Origin: a virus
Taxonomy: Duplodnaviria > Caudoviricetes
DNA: 57,119 bases
IMG/VR virus record: IMGVR_UViG_3300033434_000383
Location: 1 to 57,119 of that record
Reading direction: 5' to 3' (one strand)
Part shown: one piece after another, positions 18,990 through 28,765 of the stretch
Layout of the letters: each line of letters opens with the position of its first letter
How positions within the stretch are numbered: the first letter of the stretch is position 1
The notes under the pieces: model-generated
Databases searched by the model: none
The model's input: only the letters and a program-made list of their open reading frames with translations
What the model was told of the DNA's origin: nothing
Position numbers and translations under genes: made by a program

Positions 18990-19533
18990 AATCAGTCACC
19001 CCCCTGGCAATTGCCCTGGCAAATTCATCTTGCCAATGCTGGTCTCCAAGCTTAGAAGCATTCTCTTGGTTAGATATAAACGCCAGTTCGGTTAATACTG
19101 CCGGTGCATCGGTATGTTTTGTCACATACAACGAATCAGTTTTTAAGCCTCGGTCAACTAAGTCACCTAATCCAATTAGTTGATTTTGGATGAACTCTGC
19201 TAGCTTCGCGCTTTGGGGACTACCAGCACAATAAATTGTCTCTGTTCCATTCGCCACCGAATTACTAAAAGAATTGCAGTGGATTGACACGAACACATCG
19301 GCACCAAAGTTATTTGAAATGTTGCACCTCGCTTGCAGCTCAGTAGTTGCATCATCGCCAGAATAACCAACATCTTTATCGGTTTCCCGCGTCATAATTA
19401 ACGTGCATCCGGCAGCTGTTAAATAATCTCTAACCTTTAAAGCTACAGTCAAAGCAATGTCTTTTTCCTGTAGGCCATTTCCGCAAGCTCCCGGATCGGA
19501 GCCACCATGACCAGGATCAATACAAACCTTCAT
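18979..19533 (-). CDS. Endolysin, N-acetylmuramoyl-L-alanine amidase (Amidase_3), no cell-wall-binding domain
   Basis: IDPGHGG, EKD, FVSIHCN and LTELAFISN motifs. Confidence 0.92.
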   Translation of the reverse strand: MKVCIDPGHGGSDPGACGNGLQEKDIALTVALKVRDYLTAAGCTLIMTRETDKDVGYSGDDATTELQARCNISNNFGADVFVSIHCNSFSNSVANGTETIYCAGSPQSAKLAEFIQNQLIGLGDLVDRGLKTDSLYVTKHTDAPAVLTELAFISNQENASKLGDQHWQDEFARAIARGVTDYAN

Positions 19534-19535
19534 AT

Positions 19536-19784
19536 TTATATCCCCTCCATTCCATCCAGTCTTTTGTGCGCAGATTTTGTGCTTTCTTCTACTACAACAA
19601 GGCGCTTATCAATATTTTTCTGGTCTTGCTCTAACCTAAACAGCATATTTTTCATTTCATTAATTGCTTCATGTAAAGCATTAATTGCTGTTTGCAATGG
19701 CTTAACTATCAGCAGTTTAACTACTCCCGCGGCGAATCCAATCACTGCAATGATCTGGACTGTACTATTTAAATTTACCTCCAC
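19536..19784 (-). CDS. Holin-like membrane protein
   Basis: Single N-terminal TM, coiled coil, VEESTKSAHKRLD motif; immediately before the endolysin. Confidence 0.6.
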   Translation of the reverse strand: MEVNLNSTVQIIAVIGFAAGVVKLLIVKPLQTAINALHEAINEMKNMLFRLEQDQKNIDKRLVVVEESTKSAHKRLDGMEGI

Positions 19785-19828
19785 ACCTTCCCCTCCCCAA
19801 ACATAAAAGTAACGGCTAAATTAGCCGC

Positions 19829-20359
19829 TTAATTCGTTGTAGCAGTTGTAGTATCTGAAGTTAGAGCAATTGTGCCGGTTACAGTAGAGCCAGTGACCGC
19901 AGTTACGCTTACGCTTGCACTCGTATAACCGCTTTCTGCAGCAGTAAATTCATATGTACCTGCTGTCAACCCAGAGAATGTAACTTGACCGCTTGAATCG
20001 GTCGTTCCGGAGCCTCCGCTATAGCTGACGGTGACGCCGGACAAAGCAGTGCCGGAGCTTTCAGTCACGGTAAGTTCAATTTTAGTATTACGTGTTACCT
20101 TGTTGACAAGCAACGTATCTAATTCTGCAATATAGGTATCGCCATCAGTCCACGGGATTGTCTGTGTTGTTTCATTATTTCCATCACTTAACACATGTCG
20201 TTTCCCCTGAACATAAATTCGACTTATATAACCATCAGGCAATCCTGAGTAAGTTGCCCCTAAATCCGCGGCAAAATTGGCGGGCGTATCACAATAGCTT
20301 TCTGATTCTCCTCTGACATATACCCATCCGTCAGGATGATGCTGAAACATCGTTGACAT
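19829..20359 (-). CDS. Tail-fibre-associated protein with C-terminal CarboxypepD_reg-like domain
   Basis: Follows the tail fibre; LTVTESSGTALSGVTV..TTDSSGQVTFSGLTAGTY. Confidence 0.6.
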   Translation of the reverse strand: MSTMFQHHPDGWVYVRGESESYCDTPANFAADLGATYSGLPDGYISRIYVQGKRHVLSDGNNETTQTIPWTDGDTYIAELDTLLVNKVTRNTKIELTVTESSGTALSGVTVSYSGGSGTTDSSGQVTFSGLTAGTYEFTAAESGYTSASVSVTAVTGSTVTGTIALTSDTTTATTN

Positions 20360-20371
20360 CTAGTGCCCCCC

Positions 20372-21622
20372 TTAGTATTTGATAATGTAATTCAAAACGA
20401 TATACGGCGGCATATTGTTATGTGCTTCGCCGCCACCCGTATAATTAGTTCCATTTGATGATTCAGTGGAGGCACTGTTTCCGTCGCTTTCCATTGTTAC
20501 ATATCCCGCTGTGCCACTAGTACCGCCAGTAATAGTATGGTGATGGCTTGGCATCTCATCTGTCGTCAAGGTATGCTCAGTTTCGCCGCCGGTTGCCGCA
20601 AGCGTGGAATAAGTATCTCCTTTACCTAAAACAAATTTATCCTGCAAGTCCGGCAATGCAAATGTCGTACTTCCATCGCCCGTTCCATAAGTTGTCCCTA
20701 TAACATCGTACAAATCCGCATATGTTGTTCGAGACACCGTTGATCCATCACACAATAGATAACCATCAGGAGCTGAACTACCAGCATAAGATACAATTGC
20801 CCCGGAAGGATTTACGCCCAATGCAGTATTTGCTTGATTAATATCTGGTGCAGTATACCAATTGTCTTGGCCGGTAATAGATTTTAGCATGTACGCCAGT
20901 TTTGACAACATGTTATTCAGGTTATCTGCATCAGCAGTAGCAGCCAATGTATCGTCAATAGTTCGGGTACCTATTTTCGCATCAGTTACAGCGCTATCGT
21001 TAATTTTAGCCGTGCTTACGGCGCTGTCATTAATCTTAGCAGTAGTAACAGCACTATCATTAATTTTATCGGTTGTAACAGCACTGTCGGCAATCTTAGC
21101 CGTAGTGACCGAACTGTCAGGGTGATCAATTGGCGATGCTTCAACGTGTGTATTAAATGTTTTCAATGAGACTAAAACAGAATCTTCATCAATTGTCGCG
21201 GTTACGCTGCTCGCACTGCCAACCGCCGTTATTAAATCAATAACGGATTCAACAACAACAGAACCGCCACCAGCCGGTAGATAATCGCATTCGTCGCCGG
21301 AATTAGCATAGGCGTACATAATATCACCGTCATCTGGATCGGTAGCGAATAAACCGATCTCTCGGAGAAAAAATCCGGTCGTTACACTTGAATTTGTAAG
21401 TGTGCCGCGAACTCTATATGTACCATCGCCCATAGATGTAACAGATTCAATTTCTACTTCTAGCTGTGAATCAACCAGCGCAGTGAAAGAAGAAAGAGTT
21501 GTACTTGATGAAACAGTTCCATCGCCAACCTTTATTTTTGAAAAAGACATTGTTGTGCCAGCTTGAACTTTTGTTTGCAAATTAGCGCCTTGAGTTGTTA
21601 CAGTTAATCCTGTAAAAGCCAA
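20372..21622 (-). CDS. Tail fibre with baseplate-anchor N-terminus and tail-collar C-terminus
   Basis: DUF3751-like GFFLREIGLFATDPD..MYAY; collar motif PSGAI..APDGYLLCDG..SRTTYADLY..TTFALPDL. Confidence 0.9.
   Translation of the reverse strand: MAFTGLTVTTQGANLQTKVQAGTTMSFSKIKVGDGTVSSSTTLSSFTALVDSQLEVEIESVTSMGDGTYRVRGTLTNSSVTTGFFLREIGLFATDPDDGDIMYAYANSGDECDYLPAGGGSVVVESVIDLITAVGSASSVTATIDEDSVLVSLKTFNTHVEASPIDHPDSSVTTAKIADSAVTTDKINDSAVTTAKINDSAVSTAKINDSAVTDAKIGTRTIDDTLAATADADNLNNMLSKLAYMLKSITGQDNWYTAPDINQANTALGVNPSGAIVSYAGSSAPDGYLLCDGSTVSRTTYADLYDVIGTTYGTGDGSTTFALPDLQDKFVLGKGDTYSTLAATGGETEHTLTTDEMPSHHHTITGGTSGTAGYVTMESDGNSASTESSNGTNYTGGGEAHNNMPPYIVLNYIIKY
20969..21118 (-). repeat. Five 30-bp in-frame repeats (DS.VTT.KI.) in the fibre shaft
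   Basis: DSSVTTAKIA DSAVTTDKIN DSAVTTAKIN DSAVSTAKIN DSAVTDAKIG. Confidence 0.85.
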
Positions 21623-21623
21623 A

Positions 21624-22274
21624 TTAAGATACCTCCTTTAAGGTCAGCACTTTTCCGCTTACCAGCGCTGTGCCAAAATATGTTGTGCCGGTTACGGCCC
21701 CCATTTCAAAAGCCTTGGGGAAAAGTGTTAGCATTTTGCCATCCACCAACGCAGTGCCAAAATACATATTGCCTGTCCAAGTCCTATTAATAATAATACC
21801 TTCCAACCACGACCGGATATTTTTTACTGAATTTATCATCTCGGCCAGTTCCGCTAGTACCGTTGTACTTGAAACGACCGTTTCAGTTGTAACCTTGAAA
21901 TAGTACGGCTCACCGTCATATTCAAACCATTCTTTAAGCGATGCATTAAGCCCCGCGTCTTCCACGATTTGCTTCACTGCATAAGCCGTACCTTTTTGAT
22001 ATTTATATATATACCCGTTTTTGACCAAGGCCCGGCGGACGTCCAGGGATAAGGTCTGATCGTAGAAATCAACTTGTATCTCCCCCGCTAGGTTGTCCAC
22101 CACATCTGAGCAGGCATTATCTACATCAGCAATGGTCAGGCAATTCTTTATCGAACTGACTAATGCCCGATACTCGGTGTCTACAGCTTGGCTGGCTGCT
22201 ATAATATCTGGATCGCTGCGGAGGTTCTCCGGCAAGAGTTCTAACAGCGTAACATCGTAAACTGTTTTACTCAT
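21624..22274 (-). CDS. Baseplate/tail protein, P2 gpI-like
   Basis: KGTAYAV, EWFEYDGEPYYF, KNIRSWLE; synteny after gpJ. Confidence 0.85.
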   Translation of the reverse strand: MSKTVYDVTLLELLPENLRSDPDIIAASQAVDTEYRALVSSIKNCLTIADVDNACSDVVDNLAGEIQVDFYDQTLSLDVRRALVKNGYIYKYQKGTAYAVKQIVEDAGLNASLKEWFEYDGEPYYFKVTTETVVSSTTVLAELAEMINSVKNIRSWLEGIIINRTWTGNMYFGTALVDGKMLTLFPKAFEMGAVTGTTYFGTALVSGKVLTLKEVS

Positions 22275-23421
22275 CCTCCAGACCTCCATAGGTCAAGTTG
22301 ACTGTACCCTCGAGCGCCACCTGAGTATCACTAACCTCGGTATATTCTGGCGAAGTAATAACCACCCGTTTCGCGCCCGCGCCGATAATATCGGAAATAA
22401 GCTGGGACGGATTAATATCACGGCCAATAATAGATTTTTGCCAAATCACATAATCATCAACCGCCGAAGTTACTGCCGTTTGAATTGTGCTGGCCGAAGT
22501 TTTGTCTGACGATTTTATATAATAGGTAGCTTCAATATCATAAGACACTGTTTCCGGCGCACTTACTGTTACATTATCAGTCAGTGGCCGCCTTGAATCA
22601 TCCGACAAGTATTCTTCGACTTCGGAAATCAAAGTGGAATCTGGCAATTCCCCATCAGTCAAAATAAAACAGACGTCAACTTCTCCGGGACTAGCCGAAG
22701 TAACGCTAACGTCAATAATTGATGAGTTACATTCTTTTGTAAAATACTCATACGCTCCTACCGGGCCAGCCACACTGAAGGATTCGGGCTTTTGGAATAT
22801 CCGCCCCTTTAATGTATCATCGTCCTCTTCATCGGTCCCGCCCTGACTAGTGGAAGTATTGGTCGTACTTGATACATATTGAATAGGATCTACCAAAGTC
22901 GTAATCTGACCGGCTAAATAGCCATTACCATCGGTGCCAGTCTCAGTGCATTCCACCGTTACATCTACATAGGTATCACCGGCGACCACTTCAGCATATT
23001 CAGTCGTAGCAAAATAAATTGATCCGCCAGCGCTTACCTGTGTCCCAGACGCAATCGCCACCGCCGACTCTTGAGCCGCCGACAAGGTAAAACGTTGAGT
23101 AGTCGTAGCAGCGGTGGCTTCAGCCCTGTTCACCCCCACCCTGGCGCCAAGGTTTTCGAGATAATCCCCACTCGAATATCTAAGCAGGTTATATTTTGCC
23201 GCCTGATCAATAAGTTGATAAGCCGCATAAATCCGTAATGCCTGCGAATAAATCCAGATCCGGACCGGATCACCGTCCGCCAAGGTTTTGCTTTCGCCAG
23301 TTGACTCTTCATAAGCAGACTCATACTCTGTTACCATGGCCTCGAGGAGTGTATCCACGTCTTTCTCAACAAAATCTATATCCGGTAAATTTTCTAAGTC
23401 CTCAATCATCGACAAGGTCAA
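22267..23421 (-). CDS. Baseplate J/gp47 protein
   Basis: GGTDEEDDDTL..RI, FSVAGPVGAYEY and RPLTDNV.V motifs. Confidence 0.9.
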   Translation of the reverse strand: MTLSMIEDLENLPDIDFVEKDVDTLLEAMVTEYESAYEESTGESKTLADGDPVRIWIYSQALRIYAAYQLIDQAAKYNLLRYSSGDYLENLGARVGVNRAEATAATTTQRFTLSAAQESAVAIASGTQVSAGGSIYFATTEYAEVVAGDTYVDVTVECTETGTDGNGYLAGQITTLVDPIQYVSSTTNTSTSQGGTDEEDDDTLKGRIFQKPESFSVAGPVGAYEYFTKECNSSIIDVSVTSASPGEVDVCFILTDGELPDSTLISEVEEYLSDDSRRPLTDNVTVSAPETVSYDIEATYYIKSSDKTSASTIQTAVTSAVDDYVIWQKSIIGRDINPSQLISDIIGAGAKRVVITSPEYTEVSDTQVALEGTVNLTYGGLEDE

Positions 23422-23710
23422 TCACCACCTTGGGATACATACATCCGTTTAATTCATCATACTCAAAAGTTACACTATTAATAGAAGCGCGCGGTTCATA
23501 CTTGTTTATTTTAGTGATATATTCGACTGTCATTTTAGCCTTGGAGCGTTCCAGCGGCAAATCGAGAAAACTCATATCAACGCCAAACTCACGATCAAAA
23601 GGAACAGTGCCAGCCGGTGTGGTCAATATCATATGAACATTTTGCATAATTTCATCGCTACCGGTGGCCGACCAGTTAATCACAATACTTGAAGCGCTTA
23701 TACTGCTCAT
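23402..23710 (-). CDS. Baseplate wedge gpW/gp25-like protein
   Basis: QNV..IL.T..GTVPFDREFG..YEPRA. Confidence 0.85.
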   Translation of the reverse strand: MSSISASSIVINWSATGSDEIMQNVHMILTTPAGTVPFDREFGVDMSFLDLPLERSKAKMTVEYITKINKYEPRASINSVTFEYDELNGCMYPKVVIDLVDD

Positions 23711-24111
23711 GAAGTTTCCTCCACATATTCCTCTAACGTAATATCTACCTTGCCTTTATACACTTCGCCACCGTTTAAAATGGTGTCCCAGGTTTCACTC
23801 ACCGACTTAACCACCCATTTGTTTAGGCCGACAAGCGTACCGCCAATGACTAAATACTCGGCTTCGCCAGATTCGGCTTTATCCTGCCAAACCTCCATTT
23901 CTTCGCGCGGTTTTACACCAAGAAATGCATTTAAGGATATGGTAAAGGAAATTGTAGATAAACCAGGACCAATATATTCCGTGACAGGTTTCTCGCCGAT
24001 GATTTCATGAGTTGCATACCGGGAAGCTGTTTCCCGCTTAAAGCCGGTAAAGTTATATACTTGCGAATCCGAAATCTCAAAAATAATGTCATCACCGAAA
24101 TAGCCGATCAT
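23707..24111 (-). CDS. P2 gpU-like tail protein
   Basis: IG.FG..IF, H..IG.KP..EYIGP, LEEY. Confidence 0.8.
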   Translation of the reverse strand: MIGYFGDDIIFEISDSQVYNFTGFKRETASRYATHEIIGEKPVTEYIGPGLSTISFTISLNAFLGVKPREEMEVWQDKAESGEAEYLVIGGTLVGLNKWVVKSVSETWDTILNGGEVYKGKVDITLEEYVEETS

Positions 24112-24112
24112 A

Positions 24113-24586
24113 TTAAACCACCGCTCCCGTATTGCTGCCGCCTGATTCTACACCGCTATGGGTATGGCTTAAAAAACTCTTGCCACTAATCGTCGCGTCA
24201 CCAGATACCGTCAATGTGCCATTAATTGTGACATTACCGTCAAATACAATATTCTCAGCGCTAATAGTAAAAGTTTTAGAACTTTTATCATATTTCATAT
24301 AGGCATCCTGAAGGAATTCTTTATAATAGATATTCTCTCCCGACTCGCCCGGTAAAGAACTGTCATAATAGTAACGGCCTAAGCAGAAACCTTTCGCCAA
24401 GCCGTTGCCTAAAAATATACACAGAACTAATTCTCCGACATTCGGCATTTCATACTCAAAGCCTAACATTGGAAGGTCATCGGTCACGATACTATCCTGG
24501 TCCTTAAAACAAACTCGAACACAGCCGGTATCATAAGCGACGGAACTCACCGTCCCCACTCGCAAAAGATTCTTTATATTTTCCAC
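24113..24586 (-). CDS. Baseplate spike (gpV-like)
   Basis: RVGTVSSV, MP.VGELV.C, C-terminal HTHSGV..G..TG iron-tip motif. Confidence 0.85.
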   Translation of the reverse strand: MENIKNLLRVGTVSSVAYDTGCVRVCFKDQDSIVTDDLPMLGFEYEMPNVGELVLCIFLGNGLAKGFCLGRYYYDSSLPGESGENIYYKEFLQDAYMKYDKSSKTFTISAENIVFDGNVTINGTLTVSGDATISGKSFLSHTHSGVESGGSNTGAVV

Positions 24587-25596
24587 TAATAACCCTCCAA
24601 GACTTTGTGCATTTCAATGCTGATTGTAAAGCCGCTGCCGGTTTTCCGGGTAACCTTATCCAAATAATACTTACCATCAAATATTCCAAAGCCGAAAGTT
24701 GTAACTGTATGACTGGAGAATAGCTTTAAATTTCCCGGCAAATCCATACTCATGGTATATTCCTTTTTATTAAGTTCCCGAAGTTTTGCCTGTGCCTTTC
24801 GCTCGGCTTCAGCTAAACTATTGGCCTTTTCGTTCATCTGATATACCTTGCTGCCGGTTTTATCAGGAGCGGTAAAGGTATAAGAAAACGTTTCCCCTGT
24901 CGTGGGGTTAGTGTATTTAATCAAGCAGCCGTCATAGCCAGTATCAGTGAAAGTGGTTTTTGCCTGCCAGCTAATAACGTTTTCCTCAGTAATGGTCATA
25001 ACCGAGTCCTTAGCTTCATATTCGGTTTCGCTAAAAATAACAATCTTTTGATTATATAACTTCATGGCCAAACTATTGTTTTTGCATAGATCAAACAAAA
25101 ACGAGACGTCCGGCGTCTCGCTCTGCTCGATATAATCAACAACAGGATTTGTTGAGGAATCAAAATACAGCCCTACGCCAGCAGTATCAGCAATATACTG
25201 GGCAATACTTTTCACCGTGGCAGACTGCCAAGTCTTACTTTTGTTCGTAGTCATGAAATTAGTATCGCTTGGCGTAGATACTGCACCTAAAGTTAATTTG
25301 CGCGGCCGCCCTGAATAACTTGGCTCATCAACAATAAATGCCCCACAGGATAATGATTGACTGTCGCCTGACTTATCCCAGTTAGTTGTTACTATAGTCG
25401 GTTTTACAATATCGCCCTTCGTTGGTGCCCAGCCATCTATCCATTTTTTATTATTATCCTTAAGCTCGATAGAAACATCGTTAGCCTCTCCAGAAGCATT
25501 ATCGGTATAGCTAAAACTAATCAGATCCGCCTCGATATATTTTGTTATGTTTGTACCTTCATAAAGTAATTCAATATTAGCGCGTCTTGTTTCCAT
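24586..25596 (-). CDS. Baseplate hub / late control protein D
   Basis: SFSYTDN..GEA.D...L.D...W; Q.E.D.SFL..LC; synteny. Confidence 0.85.
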   Translation of the reverse strand: METRRANIELLYEGTNITKYIEADLISFSYTDNASGEANDVSIELKDNNKKWIDGWAPTKGDIVKPTIVTTNWDKSGDSQSLSCGAFIVDEPSYSGRPRKLTLGAVSTPSDTNFMTTNKSKTWQSATVKSIAQYIADTAGVGLYFDSSTNPVVDYIEQSETPDVSFLFDLCKNNSLAMKLYNQKIVIFSETEYEAKDSVMTITEENVISWQAKTTFTDTGYDGCLIKYTNPTTGETFSYTFTAPDKTGSKVYQMNEKANSLAEAERKAQAKLRELNKKEYTMSMDLPGNLKLFSSHTVTTFGFGIFDGKYYLDKVTRKTGSGFTISIEMHKVLEGY

Positions 25597-25599
25597 GAT

Positions 25600-25806
25600 T
25601 TAAGCCCAGGGCGGCGTACTGGACGCCGTCGTGTCCTCTTCTTCAATATCCGGCAAAGTCAATGCAACACCGCTCGAAAAAATTACGGTTGATATATAAT
25701 CTGGATTAGCCTTCATCAATTCCTCCGTATATTTAACCGCACCAAGTTCATTAAAGGCGATACTATCAAAAGTATCGCCTGATTTTGTTTTATAGGTTGT
25801 AGACAT
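25600..25806 (-). CDS. Tail protein X (LysM-like)
   Basis: YKTKSGDTFDSIA..ANP..PPW. Confidence 0.85.
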   Translation of the reverse strand: MSTTYKTKSGDTFDSIAFNELGAVKYTEELMKANPDYISTVIFSSGVALTLPDIEEEDTTASSTPPWA

Positions 25807-25817
25807 TTTTGCACCTC

Positions 25818-27803
25818 TTAGGCAAAACTTAACCGCTGCCGCCTTTCTATAAGCGCATTAAAGCGGCTCTCAAAATCGTGATAAGATTGATCACTGGCAG
25901 TTTTTAATGTATTTTGATCAGCATTGCCTTGGATAATGTACTGTGGTGAGTAGCTTACCGATATAGTGCCTGTCAAACCACTGCCGGACAATCCATTCAA
26001 TAAGCTTTGCGTCCTACTATTCGGTGTAACCTGGCTACCTCGCGGCAACCTCAAAAGCTCCGGGCCGCGTTCGCCAACCAGCGCAACCCCACCAGGATGA
26101 TAGTCAGTGCCATCAGCGTAGGCTGGAAGACTGCTAGCTTGCATACCAGACTGTAAACTACTGCTAGCACCGCTAATTAAGTTTTGAACAAAACTACCAG
26201 CACTGCTGATTGCATTAGATACAGCATTAGGTATTTGCATAACCCAATTAACCACGGATTGATAAACACTGGAACCCCAAGCGTCGATAGTTGCTAGAAA
26301 TGAACTCAGTGCCCCTTCAGCGTTAGCTGGTAAATCAATGAAAAACTGAATTGTACTGTTCACGCCAGATCCAATTGTTGTAACCATTGCTGTGGCCGTT
26401 GCAGAAACAAATGCAGTAACTCGCTCCGGCAGAGTCGCAACATAACCAATCATATACCCAATGCCATAGGCCACACACTGCACCGCTCCACTAATACCAC
26501 TACTGATATAGCTCGGCAAGTTAGTTATAAACTGTGTTACGGTGGTATAAACTTTGCTAAACCAAGCCGTCACACCGCCCCAGACCTCGCTGGCTTTTTG
26601 CGAGATGGTATCCCAATTACGATATAATAGGACTCCGGCAACAACTACTGCCACAATCCCGGCAACAATCCAAGTTAGAGGATTCAAAAGCATAGCAGAA
26701 TTAAGCGCGACCTGAGCCACCTCGGTTAGTGCATATCCCTCGCGCAGCAGTGCCAGTGCTGTCGTTGCTGTACCCCACGCAGTGGTTAGAGCAGTAATTA
26801 TCATCCCGCCTTTTTGGGCTGCAACCATCGCCAAAGTTGCGGCCTCATTAGCAGCAATAGCCCCGGTCAATGTTATGACTATCGGCTCGATCAACGGCCA
26901 ATTATCTAGCACCCAAGATACTCCATTTACAGCGGTACTCATAACATTCCCCATACTTTGACTTAAAGCTTCTAACTGCCCACCGCTTGTGAGATTCACC
27001 AGCATATCAGACAATTTTGATGCGTTCTGCGTCATTACATCAAAAAAACTACCCTGCTTGATAGAACCGTCAAGTGCAACCCCGGCCATTTGAGCCAGCG
27101 TAGTTTGCCAAGTACCAGAAATAGTGCTCATAACGCCTTTCCATGTCTTGGACTGCATCTCAGTACCGCCTTTAAACCGTTCATTCATCAGCGAGAACAT
27201 GGCTTTATTGAAGTTTTCCTGATCGGTTATTTGGCCTTTGTTATTGACCACTATCCCCAAGCGAAGTTTCTCCGCCTGGGCAATAATCATATCCTTTGTT
27301 ATGCCAAATTCCTTCATTCTTTCAAGTTCGCCTGTTTGTGCATCAGCCACCGCTTCCACTGCCTGCATTAGATCTTTGCCCATGACGGACGCCATATCAC
27401 CGACCGCCGGAAGAACGTCCTGCGCGGCAATACCATAACTTTGAAGCCGAACCGTAGCCTCAACTACACCCTTCGTATCAAATGGAGTTGAATTAGCATA
27501 ATTAGCCGCCCAAACCATTGTCTGAGCGGCTAATTCCTGATCCTTCATAACCACATTCAGTGTATTCCTATAACTCTGCATATCAGCGGCATTATCAATC
27601 ATTCCTTTACCCAGGGCGGCAATGCCTGCAGTTACACCAATCCCGGCAATCGCGCCTGAAAAACCACTGAATGCTCGTTCACCAACACTGGCCTGAGTTT
27701 GAGCTTCGGCCATATACCGTTGCACTTGCCCAAAGCTTTTTCCCATTGATGCCTGAATCTGTGCCCCGAGTAAAAACATAGTTTCATAAGTTTTACTTGC
27801 CAC
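25818..27803 (-). CDS. Tape measure protein
   Basis: A..TPF..V...VRL.SYG tape domain; A/G-rich; YA.GT..GG.ALVGERGPEL C-terminus. Confidence 0.9.
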   Translation of the reverse strand: MASKTYETMFLLGAQIQASMGKSFGQVQRYMAEAQTQASVGERAFSGFSGAIAGIGVTAGIAALGKGMIDNAADMQSYRNTLNVVMKDQELAAQTMVWAANYANSTPFDTKGVVEATVRLQSYGIAAQDVLPAVGDMASVMGKDLMQAVEAVADAQTGELERMKEFGITKDMIIAQAEKLRLGIVVNNKGQITDQENFNKAMFSLMNERFKGGTEMQSKTWKGVMSTISGTWQTTLAQMAGVALDGSIKQGSFFDVMTQNASKLSDMLVNLTSGGQLEALSQSMGNVMSTAVNGVSWVLDNWPLIEPIVITLTGAIAANEAATLAMVAAQKGGMIITALTTAWGTATTALALLREGYALTEVAQVALNSAMLLNPLTWIVAGIVAVVVAGVLLYRNWDTISQKASEVWGGVTAWFSKVYTTVTQFITNLPSYISSGISGAVQCVAYGIGYMIGYVATLPERVTAFVSATATAMVTTIGSGVNSTIQFFIDLPANAEGALSSFLATIDAWGSSVYQSVVNWVMQIPNAVSNAISSAGSFVQNLISGASSSLQSGMQASSLPAYADGTDYHPGGVALVGERGPELLRLPRGSQVTPNSRTQSLLNGLSGSGLTGTISVSYSPQYIIQGNADQNTLKTASDQSYHDFESRFNALIERRQRLSFA

Positions 27804-27963
27804 TACTATTCACCGCCTTTATTTCCTCGACGATTTCAAATAACTCAAATACAGATAACCCAAGAAAAAAATCTATGCCAGTAAATGAGGCTAAAGCCAA
27901 ACGGACAGCTAACTTTTTAAGCTGCTGCCCGTCTCCTGGCTCTAATCCTGCGCGAACAAAAAA
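27793..27963 (-). CDS. -1 frameshift extension of the tail assembly chaperone (P2 E'-like)
   Basis: Slippery TTTTTTG at 27963-27957; -1 frame open: FFVRAGLEPGDGQQLKKLAVRLA...VNSSGK*, overlapping the TMP start. Confidence 0.7.
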   Translation of the reverse strand, partial: FFVRAGLEPGDGQQLKKLAVRLALASFTGIDFFLGLSVFELFEIVEEIKAVNSSGK

Positions 27964-28232
27964 CTTGTCACCATATTTTTTACTTTAATAGCCTCCCGCG
28001 CCGGTAAGCTCTGGTAAAATTCAATTGGTTTAGAACTTACCTTTGCCGCTAAAATACAGGCATACCCAACATTCATTTCCTTGACCATGGCAACTTGGCC
28101 GCTAACCATGAATATTTTATCAGCTTCAATTAGATCTGTGGTTTTTAGGTTTTCCAGGCCCGACAAATCTACTTCAGTATATTCGTTGCCCTCAAACATA
28201 TATGGTTTATTGAATTTCACTATGTTATCCAT
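27942..28232 (-). CDS. Tail assembly chaperone
   Basis: KPY.FEG.EY..VDLSGLE.L...DL; located between tube and TMP. Confidence 0.8.
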   Translation of the reverse strand: MDNIVKFNKPYMFEGNEYTEVDLSGLENLKTTDLIEADKIFMVSGQVAMVKEMNVGYACILAAKVSSKPIEFYQSLPAREAIKVKNMVTSFLFAQD

Positions 28233-28243
28233 TCGTCGTCCTC

Positions 28244-28765
28244 CTAAATATTATCTTTAATATCGGCAAACACATCGGTGTCATTGACAATATAAATAAA
28301 GTTGAGCTTGTCCAGTTCTAACAAAGTCGAACCATTTTCTACGACCTTAATATACAAGACTTCTAAGGTGTTTTTCGTATCCGTGGGCTTACTTACACCT
28401 AGCGTACCAAGTTCCAAACTTTTCGGAATAACTTTAAGCGTTATTTTTAGCGCCCGCTGATTAAAAGTACCGCCGGAAATATCAAAACTTTGTTGATTGG
28501 CACGTAAGATTAATGTTTTAGCCTCCGGTACCATTAGACTAAAGGACTGATCAATAAGAGTCCGAAAGGGAATTTCAATGGTCATACTTCCAAAATGTCC
28601 AGGAGTCGGGCTTTCAAACTCCCCGGCAATCCCTGCTCCAGAAATGGTTTCGGTCATAGCCTCCATTTTCGGTAAACTCACTTCGCCAGATACACCGACC
28701 AGCTGCTCCCCTTCGTTGTAAACGTTATAGTTAACTACTTTATCCGGTACGGAATTAACGCTCAT
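28244..28765 (-). CDS. Tail tube protein (P2 FII-like)
   Basis: NYNVY..G..EV.LP...TI.GAGIAGE; ELDKLN. Confidence 0.88.
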   Translation of the reverse strand: MSVNSVPDKVVNYNVYNEGEQLVGVSGEVSLPKMEAMTETISGAGIAGEFESPTPGHFGSMTIEIPFRTLIDQSFSLMVPEAKTLILRANQQSFDISGGTFNQRALKITLKVIPKSLELGTLGVSKPTDTKNTLEVLYIKVVENGSTLLELDKLNFIYIVNDTDVFADIKDNI

